From a bacterium (GTDB taxonomy: Bacteria; J088; JAWLBW01), in the NCBI GenBank assembly GCA_041690355.1, contig JAWLHK010000008.1, positions 133,374 through 197,373 of the forward strand: a stretch of 64,000 nt of DNA, written 5' to 3'. Positions 20,588 to 28,341 of the stretch are shown one piece after another. The notes under the pieces were generated by a model that saw only the letters and a list, made by a program, of their open reading frames with translations, was not told the origin of the DNA and did not search any database. A program made the position numbers and the translations under genes. Within the stretch, counting starts at the first letter, position 1; the number at the start of each line of letters is the position of its first letter.

Positions 20588-20661
20588 CCCCATTATTCTA
20601 GCGGGCGGGCGGGAGGGGAACAATCGAAGGCGGCCCGCATCGCGCGGCGGGCGGGGGGCGG

Positions 20662-21267
20662 CTACTCGGCGTCTTCGAGCGACAGGCTGCCGAGCGCAAT
20701 GGCGGCGAGCCCGCGCACCTTGGGGTGCTTGTGCTTCGTGAGCGCCGTGAGCGGCTCTTCGGCGCGCGGGTCGGCGAGTTCGGCCAGCGTGTGCATGACC
20801 GTCTCGAGGTAGGCGACGTCGGTTTCGCGCAGCTGCTCGAGCAGAAACGGCGTGACCTTGCGGTCTTTGAGCTTGCCGAGGGTTTCGACGATGATGCCGC
20901 GCACCGTATACGAATCGTCGTCGAGCGCCTCGACGAGCTGGCGCAGCGTGCGCGGGTCGGCGACCTCGTTGAGCACGCGCGCCGCCGCCGCCCGGGCGTC
21001 TTCGTCGGGGTGCTGCAGCAGGCCGGTGAGCACCCGCAGGGCGCGGTCGCCGGGCACTTTGCGCAGCGCGTAAATCGCGTTGGCCCGTTCGCCGGCCGTC
21101 CCGGTGCGGATGCGCTGGACGATCCCCTCGAGCGCCTCGGTGGCGTCGAGTCGGTCGAGCCCGATGGCGGCACAGGTGCGAACCCCCGCGTCGGCATCGT
21201 TGAGAAGCTCGTGCAGCAGGTTGCGCCGGGCGTCTTTGACGGAAATTTCGCGAACGGTTCCGCTCAT
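20662..21267 (-). CDS. HEAT-repeat protein
   Basis: Repeated L-x-D-x-D-x-x-VR-x-x-A-x-x-x-L(G) units. Confidence 0.85.
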   Translation of the reverse strand: MSGTVREISVKDARRNLLHELLNDADAGVRTCAAIGLDRLDATEALEGIVQRIRTGTAGERANAIYALRKVPGDRALRVLTGLLQHPDEDARAAAARVLNEVADPRTLRQLVEALDDDSYTVRGIIVETLGKLKDRKVTPFLLEQLRETDVAYLETVMHTLAELADPRAEEPLTALTKHKHPKVRGLAAIALGSLSLEDAE

Positions 21268-21341
21268 ACGAGGTGCAATCCTAACCCATTTACTTTACCC
21301 GTCGCAAACGGAAATGCCAACGATGCGGCGGCCTCCCGGGC

Positions 21342-21482
21342 GAAGACCCCCCTGTGGTCCTGGGGAACCCCCCCTGCCGGTCGGGGGATCACCCCTCCCG
21401 TTCCGGGGAACACCCCCTGTCGTTCTGGGGAACACCCCCCTGTCGTCCCGGGGAACCCCCCTGTCGTCCCCCGAAGGGGGAC
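21342..21482. repeat. Degenerate ~21-22 bp tandem repeat (~6 units)
   Basis: Units of the form ggggaac(a)ccccctgtcgt(t/c)c. Confidence 0.7.
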
Positions 21483-21660
21483 CCAAAGCGGATTCGGCGG
21501 GCGTTCACGGCGTTCACGGTTCGAGCTGCCTTCCGAATCCTCCTGCGAGCTCCCGTAGTCTGCAGTCCCAGAGTCACGGAGGGACGGCTCATGGTAGCCC
21601 GGGACGGAAGTCCCGGGATCACGGCGCGAGCGAGTCGTCCTTCGGGGCCGCCATGTGAAA

Positions 21661-22237
21661 GACCCGCCACCGCCCCCTCCGCATGTGCGCCCGCGGGAAA
21701 AGGTTCTCCCCCGCCTCCTCCGTCCGCACGCGCGGGCGGTTCTTGCAGCGCAAACCATGCCAGCAGTGTCACCGCGCGGGGCGGAGGAGGCGGGGGCGCT
21801 GGACATGCGTTGCAGGTGTTGCAGGCCGAACTCGCTCCCCTTCTCCCGCCAACCTTTGCGCCCAGCGCGCTGCGTATGGCGGGAAGAAGGGGCTGGGGGA
21901 TGAGGGCGGCCCAACTCGATAGCCGGTTCAGACCCGCCACCGCCCCCTCCGCATGTGCACCCGCGGGAAAAGGTTCTCCCCCGCCTCCTCCGTCCGCACG
22001 CGCGGGCGGTTCTTGCAGCGCAAACCATGCCAGCAGTGTCACCGCGCGGGGCGGAGGAGGCGGGGGCGCTGGACATGCGTTGCAGGTGTTGCAGGCCGAA
22101 CTCGCTCCCCTTCTCCCGCCAACCTTTGCGCCCGGCGCGCTGCGTATGGCGGGAAGAAGGGGCTGGGGGATGAGGGCGGCCCAACTCGATGGCCGGTTCA
22201 GACCCGCCACCGCCCCCTCCGCATGTGCACCCGCGGG
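21661..22237. repeat. Near-perfect 270-bp tandem duplication (2 copies + 37 bp) flanked by REP-like elements
   Basis: gacccgccaccgccccctccgcatgtgc starts at 21661, 21931 and 22201. cccagagtc(a/c)cggagggacggctca...cccgggacggaagtcccgggatcac flanks both sides (~21567, ~22264). Confidence 0.9.
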
Positions 22238-22473
22238 GCCTCCAGGGGGTCCGGGTCTGTAACCCCAGAGTCCCGGAGGGACGGCTCAGGGTAGCCCGGG
22301 ACGGAAGTCCCGGGATCACCGAGGCGATGTGGTTTTTCCCCCAAGGCTCGGGAGCGCCGGCACGGCGCGAGCGAGTCGTCTTCAGGGAATCCTCATGCGC
22401 TTGGCGCTGCGCCTCCATGTCCTGGGCCGCCCGGCTGCGGGGTTCCCCGCGGAAGGGACAACTGCGGAATTCC

Positions 22474-22511
22474 TTGCATCCTCCCGGGGAAATGTTATAG
22501 TGGTTCAACCA
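22474..22511 (+). promoter_or_regulatory. Sigma70-type promoter with FadR-type operator
   Basis: TTGCAT-N16-TATAGT with extended TG, immediately followed by the palindrome TGGTTCAACCA (22501-22511). Confidence 0.6.
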
Positions 22512-22518
22512 TTCAACC

Positions 22519-23319
22519 ATGTACGAACCGATTGAACGAACGAGCACGGTCGACGCCGTGGCGCAGCGGCTGCGGGGCGACATCCTGCGGGGGCGCTACG
22601 CCCCGGGGACGCGCCTGCCCCCCGAGCGCGAGCTGGCCCTGGCCCTCGGCGTCAACCGCCTGACCCTGCGCGCCGCCCTGAGCCGCCTGATCGCCGAAGG
22701 GCTCGTCGCCTCGTTCCAGGGAGACGGGAACCGCGTGCTCGACTTTCGCACGCACGCGGGGCTCGAGTGCCTGCCCGACCTGGCCGACGCCATGGTCGCC
22801 GACGGACGGCAGGAAGACCTGCTGCGCCTCATGTCCGATCTGCGGGCGGCCTGGCGGGCGATCCTGCTCGACGCGCTCGTCCTCGCCGCCCGCCACGCAA
22901 CCCCCGAAGACCTCGAGCGGCTGAAGGGACTCGTGGCCGAACAGGAGGGGCGGCGCGGCGATCCCGACGCATTCCTCGAAGGCGATCTGGCGCTCACGCG
23001 CGTCCTGCTGCGCATCGGGGGGAACGTCGCCCACGAGCTCATCTTCAACACCGTGCTGCGGTTCGCGCGCGAGCAGGCCGACCTCTTCCGCCGGTTCTAC
23101 GCGGAACCCCAGGTGACCCTGCGCGCCTACGACGCCCTGCTCGGCCTGCTCGATCAGGGGGACGTCGAGGCCGTGCGCGACGTGGCGCGCCAGGGGCTCG
23201 AGTCGCACGACGAACTCGTGCTCGCGCGCATCGCCGCGGATCTGCGGAACGGCCGGACGAAAACAGCCGCGGCGAAGGGCCGCGCGGGAAAAAAACCAAC
23301 CCGGGTGGCGGGGCGCTGA
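22519..23319 (+). CDS. GntR/FadR-family transcriptional regulator
   Basis: RLPPERELALALGVNRLTLRAALSRL wHTH plus an FCD-like C-terminus. Confidence 0.9.
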   Translation: MYEPIERTSTVDAVAQRLRGDILRGRYAPGTRLPPERELALALGVNRLTLRAALSRLIAEGLVASFQGDGNRVLDFRTHAGLECLPDLADAMVADGRQEDLLRLMSDLRAAWRAILLDALVLAARHATPEDLERLKGLVAEQEGRRGDPDAFLEGDLALTRVLLRIGGNVAHELIFNTVLRFAREQADLFRRFYAEPQVTLRAYDALLGLLDQGDVEAVRDVARQGLESHDELVLARIAADLRNGRTKTAAAKGRAGKKPTRVAGR

Positions 23320-23368
23320 CCCCGAGGGGGAGAATGTTGCCAGCGTTGCGGAACACGAGAGGAAAATC

Positions 23369-23785
23369 ATGCTGAGCCGACGTGAACATGCCGTCCTCGA
23401 TACGCTGCTCCCCAGCGGCGCGTCCGAGGAATTGCCCTGGGGCGTAAAGGATCTCGACTTCGACGCCTTCTACCGCGAGTTCGAGCGCACCGCCCTTTTC
23501 CCCATGCGCGCGGGTTTCCGGCTCGCGCTCTTCTTCGCCATCTGGATCGCGCCGCTGCTCGCGTTGCGCATTCCCCCCATCACGCTCTACCGGCGCGAGA
23601 CGCGGGAAGCGATCCTCATGGGGCTCTACAATTCCCGTTATAACCTGCTGCGCCAGATGATCTTTCTGCTCAAGGCGACGGTCTGCTTTGCCTACGGCGC
23701 CGACCCCCGCGTGCGCAACGCCGTCGGTTATCCGGTGCAGCATGACGCCGGCGAACCCGCGCCCCGTCCGGAGGTGACCGTATGA
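23369..23785 (+). CDS. Small partner protein of the GMC oxidoreductase
   Basis: ATGA overlap with the GMC gene. C-terminal LLKATVCFAYGADPRVRNAVGY resembles gluconate-2-dehydrogenase subunit 3-like accessory proteins. Confidence 0.65.
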   Translation: MLSRREHAVLDTLLPSGASEELPWGVKDLDFDAFYREFERTALFPMRAGFRLALFFAIWIAPLLALRIPPITLYRRETREAILMGLYNSRYNLLRQMIFLLKATVCFAYGADPRVRNAVGYPVQHDAGEPAPRPEVTV

Positions 23786-25287
23786 TCTTCAACGGCGAAA
23801 AAGAACGACGCAGCGTCGACGAAGAATACGATTACGTCATCGTCGGTTCCGGCGCTTCGGGCGGCGTGGCGGCGCGCATGCTGGCCGACAGCGGCGCGAG
23901 CATTGCGATTGTCGAAGAGGGACCGGCGGTCGACACGAAGGAATTCGGGGACACGATCTGGCCGGTCATGTCGAAGATGTTCCGCAACCAGGGGAGCACG
24001 ATCGCGCGCGGCCGCGCCATGATTCCCCTCGTGCAGGGGACCTGTCTGGGCGGAAGCACCGTCATCAACTCGGCCATCACCTGGCGCATCCCCGACGACG
24101 TCTGGGAACCGTGGAAGACGGAGTACGGCCTGGGGGATGCATTGCCCCTCGACGCCCTGCACCGCAACTGGGACGTGCTCGAGCGCGAGCTGAACATCCA
24201 CCCCGTCGAGCCCGACGTCTGGGGCGAGAACAACCGCCTCATGGCCGTGGGGGCCGAGAAGCTGGGCGTGAGCGCGCACCCGATTCGGCGCGGCGACAAG
24301 GGGTGCCGCGGAAGCGCCCGCTGTCTGCAGGGGTGCCCGCACGGCGCCAAGCAGAGCATGCTCGTCAGCTATCTTCCCTATGCCATGGGGCGCGGCGCGG
24401 TCTGCTACACGAGCGCGCGCGTCTCGAAGGTCACGATGGACGGCGATCGTGCCGTCGGAGTCGAAGGCTGGTTCTGCGAGACGCCGTTCAAGAAGAAGAT
24501 CGCGCCGTTCACGTTGCGCGCGCGCAAGGCGGTGCTCATCGCGGCTTCGGCCGTGCAGACTCCCGGCCTGCTGCGCCGCAGCGGCGTCCGTTCTGCCCAT
24601 CTCGGGGAACACTTCCAGGCGCACCCCGGCGCGCCGCTCATGGGGATCTTCGATCAGAAAGTGAACCTCTGGTTCGGCGCCACGCAGGGGTACGACGCCG
24701 ATCACCACCGGCGCCCGCACCGCTTCAAGGTCGAGACGATCTCGCTTCCGCCCGAGATGGCGCTCACGCGCGCGCCGGGCGTGGGCCGCTACTGGATGAA
24801 GACCATGCGCGAGCTCCCGCACGCCGCGATGTGGGCCGTGCAGGTGCGCTCGCACGCAAAGGGGCGCATCCGCGAGCGCTTCTGGGGCCAGGACATCACT
24901 TACGATCTCACCGATCAGGACATGGTGAATCTGCGGAAGGGGCTGCGCTTCACGGCCGAACTGATGTTCGCGGCCGGCGCGCGCGAGATCGTCACCGGCA
25001 TTCCCGGGCTTCCCGAGCGGTTGACTAGCATGGACCAGGTCGGGCTGCTCGAGAACGGACCTTCAAATCCGGCGGCCTATTCGTTCATCGCCTCGCATCT
25101 CTTCGGCACGGCGCGCATGAGCGTCCGTCCGCAGGATGGCGTCGTGGGGCCCGATTTCGCTGTCCACGGCACGCGGAATCTGCACGTGGTCGACAGCTCG
25201 GTCTTCCCCACGAACCTGGGCGTGAACCCGCAGCACGCGATCATGGGGGTCTCCATGCTGGCCGTCGAGAGAATCCTGCGGGCGTAA
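23782..25287 (+). CDS. GMC-family oxidoreductase
   Basis: VGSGASG, LGGSTVIN, CRGSARCLQGCP, HLFGTARM and VDSSVFPTNLGVNP. Confidence 0.92.
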   Translation: MIFNGEKERRSVDEEYDYVIVGSGASGGVAARMLADSGASIAIVEEGPAVDTKEFGDTIWPVMSKMFRNQGSTIARGRAMIPLVQGTCLGGSTVINSAITWRIPDDVWEPWKTEYGLGDALPLDALHRNWDVLERELNIHPVEPDVWGENNRLMAVGAEKLGVSAHPIRRGDKGCRGSARCLQGCPHGAKQSMLVSYLPYAMGRGAVCYTSARVSKVTMDGDRAVGVEGWFCETPFKKKIAPFTLRARKAVLIAASAVQTPGLLRRSGVRSAHLGEHFQAHPGAPLMGIFDQKVNLWFGATQGYDADHHRRPHRFKVETISLPPEMALTRAPGVGRYWMKTMRELPHAAMWAVQVRSHAKGRIRERFWGQDITYDLTDQDMVNLRKGLRFTAELMFAAGAREIVTGIPGLPERLTSMDQVGLLENGPSNPAAYSFIASHLFGTARMSVRPQDGVVGPDFAVHGTRNLHVVDSSVFPTNLGVNPQHAIMGVSMLAVERILRA

Positions 25288-25298
25288 CGGGAGGCCAG

Positions 25299-26031
25299 CA
25301 GCGCCAAGCGCCAAGAGCCAAGCCCCAAGCACTAAGCGCCAAGCGCTGAGGAAGCAAGGGCTTTCCGCTGGCGCGGCCCCCACCTGTCGGACGTCGGACC
25401 CCCCATCCGCTTCGCTACGGGGGGCAATGCGCCGGACTTCGGACCCCCCATCCGCTGCGCTACGGAGGGCAATGCGTCGGTGAAGCAAGGGCGCCGATCC
25501 CGGTATCCAATTCCGCACCGCTGGAAATCCTCAGCGCCCTGCAGGGGCGCCGGCCATTTGCCCAGGGCAGAGCCCTGGGCAGCAGAGGGGCCATATATTT
25601 TTTTGTCCTTCCCGCGAGCGTCGGCGAGCAGCGCCTACTCGGCCCCCACCGTGTGCTTCCCGTGCTGCAGGACTCCCCCGAACGGGGGCGTGGGCAGGAT
25701 GCCCAAGTGGTTCCCGACCCCAGCGGGGTCGCACTCTTGAGCCGGCAGCGCGGTGTAGAATCGTTTCCCCCCGGGCTCGGGAGCGCCGGCACGGCGCGAG
25801 CGAGTCGTCCTTTGCCCCCCACCGTGTGCGACCCGTGTTCCAGGACTCCCCCGAACGGGGGAGTGGGCAGGAACCCGAATTGCTACAACCTCGGCGGGGG
25901 GAGGCGCATGGCGCTCCCTCGCTGTCGACTTCCGCTCCGCTACAGTCCGTCAGCTCGGGACGAACGGAAAATTGGTCCTTGCCGACGCCCTTGCCGGCAA
26001 ATTGTCATTCGTCAATCGTAAATCGTCAATT
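25299..26031. repeat. Intergenic cluster of heptamer, 45-bp tandem, ~60-bp direct and REP-like repeats
   Basis: AGCGCCA-type heptamers at 25299-25349. 45-bp tandem at 25395/25440. Direct repeats at 25643/25816. ccgaccccagcggggtcgca at 25714. Confidence 0.8.
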
Positions 26032-26086
26032 GAGGTGGTAGCATATTGCACGGCCCACCCTATTGCCGATCAAAGTGTTGACTGCC

Positions 26087-26407
26087 GTGGATTCCCGAAC
26101 GCTCCAGTATTACGACGCCCACGCCGAAGCGGTCTTCGCACGCCACACGCGCGCGGGCACGGGCGTCGCGAAATACTTCCGCACGGCCTTCCCGGCGGGG
26201 GCCCGCGTGCTCGACATCGGCAGCGGAAGCGGGCGCGACCTGAACACCCTCGTCGCCGAGCAGTACCAGGCCTACGGCGTGGAACCGAGCGAACCCCTGC
26301 GCGCCCGCGCCGGACAAGGGTTTCCCTTGAAGAGCACCCATCGCTGCACGCACCAAGGGCGACGCATTTGTACTTGGCGCCCAACAGGCGTGCTAACGAA
26401 TTCCTGA
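26087..26407 (+). pseudogene. Truncated class I SAM-dependent methyltransferase
   Basis: TLQYYDAHA...RVLDIGSGSGRD...YGVEPS covers only the N-terminal motifs. Protein-like sequence and high GC end near 26325. Confidence 0.75.
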
Positions 26408-26454
26408 GGGCAGAACCTTGGGTAGCGTTATCTGAGGGTAGAGGAACTATGGTG

Positions 26455-27600
26455 TCATGTGACGAGCTTTCGCACACTAAGTACTGCCTCAGAAATTATC
26501 TGGGCTGCTTCTCGGATTTCTTCCCAAGTATTGAACTTCCCAATTCCAATTCGTAAAGTCCCATCGATATACTCGTCGGGCACCTTGATAGCCCTAAGGA
26601 CGTGCGAAGGCGATTCAACTCCCGAAGAGCATGCTGAACCGCGCGATACGGCTATACGATCCCTAATCCGTGCTATGATGGCGCTCGATGGTGTGCCGCG
26701 AAAACTGACGTTAAGGTTACCGCTTAGTCGCCTATCAAGTCCACCGTTCACGCGCATTTCAGGAATAATTGAAGATAGTTCATTAATGAGCCAATCTCGT
26801 TTCTCTTTGACTGATTCGCTATCAGTAAGCATTTCAGAATGCAGAATTCGACAAGCCTCACCGAAACCCGCAATAATCGGCACATTCTCTGTGCCTGGTC
26901 GAAGCTTACGTTCTTGCCCCCCCCCAAAGAGCAAAGGCTCTATTGAATCCGGGTCCTTTAGTACGAGAGCACCAACCCCTTTGGGACCATACATCTTATG
27001 GGCAGAAAATGCAGCAAAGAAAAAGGCTTCATGCTCAAAGGAGAAAGGCACCTTACCCAAGCTCTGAGAGGCATCGCAAACTAGACGACTGCCGTACTTT
27101 CCACAAAGATCGAGCACCTCAGACAACGGATAAACCACACCGATCTCGTTGTTTGCATGCATGCATATTACTAGGTCGAGACCTGAGCGTAGAGCCGACT
27201 CAAGATCATCAATGTTCAGCTGTCCGTCGGGGGTAATTTCGAGTGGCCTTACAGAGACTAGCTCCCTATGAACGAGGGCATCTACGGTTTCTATGACTGC
27301 TTTGTGTTCCAGTGGCATCACGCCAACGCGTACAGGCCGGTGCTTGCTCCGGGCAACGTATCCCTGTAGGACAAGGTTAATAGCTTCCGTCGCGCCGGAT
27401 GTGAAAACAACTTGCGATCTCTTGGCCCCCGCAAGTTGGGCTATTTCATTCCTCGCGCGGTCAATGGTTCGCCGTGCCTCGTCCCCATATGCATGGTCGG
27501 ATGAGCTAGCGTTTCCAAATGTATTTTCTAGGTGCCACACGACCAACGATCTCACCCGCGGGTCCAGCGGGGTAGACGCATTGTTATCTAGGTAAATCAT
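26455..27600 (-). CDS. sspA: Cysteine desulfurase (IscS/DndA/SspA-like)
   Basis: IYLDNNASTP, PLP lysine in SAHKMYGPKG and catalytic SRGSACSSG. Symbol inferred from context. Confidence 0.88.
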   Translation of the reverse strand: MIYLDNNASTPLDPRVRSLVVWHLENTFGNASSSDHAYGDEARRTIDRARNEIAQLAGAKRSQVVFTSGATEAINLVLQGYVARSKHRPVRVGVMPLEHKAVIETVDALVHRELVSVRPLEITPDGQLNIDDLESALRSGLDLVICMHANNEIGVVYPLSEVLDLCGKYGSRLVCDASQSLGKVPFSFEHEAFFFAAFSAHKMYGPKGVGALVLKDPDSIEPLLFGGGQERKLRPGTENVPIIAGFGEACRILHSEMLTDSESVKEKRDWLINELSSIIPEMRVNGGLDRRLSGNLNVSFRGTPSSAIIARIRDRIAVSRGSACSSGVESPSHVLRAIKVPDEYIDGTLRIGIGKFNTWEEIREAAQIISEAVLSVRKLVT

Positions 27601-27664
27601 GCCCATGGCGTTTTATGCCTTTGCCCATCGGCTGTGTGAGTGCTACGATGCATTTTTATCAACA

Positions 27665-28330
27665 ATGTCTCGGAATATGGACCAAGAGCTACGCTTTGAG
27701 TTTCATCAAGTTCAGCATTGCCCTGACCTGCCCGGAATTTATGCTTGGTACTACCGACCTAGAATACCATCCAAAGACGTCGACGACTGTATCGGCACTG
27801 TACTAAAGGAAGGGGGTAGCACACAAGCCGTGCAGGACTTCCTCTTGACCCACCTTGCCTCGTATTTTCGGGAGCTACCGTATAAGGCGCAGATTTTCGG
27901 ACAGCTGAAGGCCGAATACCGAGGCGAGCTCAACCACGTCGGCAAGTTGAGTTCCTCCCTCGTCGAAAGGTTGGCTGCGGAACCCGAACGCTTGCGCGAG
28001 TTAATACCGCTGCTAAGCAACACCGCTCCAATCTTTTCAGCACCCATTTATATCGGCGTCGCATCAGCCCAAGGACTTAGGACGCGCCTCTCGCAACATG
28101 TGAGGAAAATTAATGAGTTTTTGGAAGCGGAGGCAAGAGGGGAGGCTATGGAACTGATCGAGGCAGACGAACAAGGGTCATTTGCATACGAAGTCATCCG
28201 TCGAAAAATGGATCCAAATAACCTCGTGGTTTTTGCTTCGACTTTGCATCACGTCGGCTCGATTGGTCTCGAAAAGGATCTAGAGAACTTACTGAACCGG
28301 CTTTATTACCCCGTTTGTGGCCGCAACTAG
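27665..28330 (+). CDS. GIY-YIG-like nuclease with large insertion
   Basis: PGIYAWY...PIYIG followed by LRTRLSQH and C-terminal LENLLN. Start 27665 or 27677. Confidence 0.7.
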   Translation: MSRNMDQELRFEFHQVQHCPDLPGIYAWYYRPRIPSKDVDDCIGTVLKEGGSTQAVQDFLLTHLASYFRELPYKAQIFGQLKAEYRGELNHVGKLSSSLVERLAAEPERLRELIPLLSNTAPIFSAPIYIGVASAQGLRTRLSQHVRKINEFLEAEARGEAMELIEADEQGSFAYEVIRRKMDPNNLVVFASTLHHVGSIGLEKDLENLLNRLYYPVCGRN

Positions 28331-28341
28331 GTGGAATAACC

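Noticed and set aside
21661-22237. CRISPR array (37-bp motif occurring three times)
   Set aside because: The intervening 233-bp segments are nearly identical and too long for spacers, and no cas genes are present. It is a tandem duplication.
21264-22583. Long ORFs across the repeat region (439, 302 and 273 aa)
   Set aside because: They are low-complexity translations of GC-rich repeats with no credible start or domain.
26330-26370. att-like direct repeat shared with ~37660-37700
   Set aside because: Only a loose resemblance (cccat...acgcacc.ag), too short and gapped to support.
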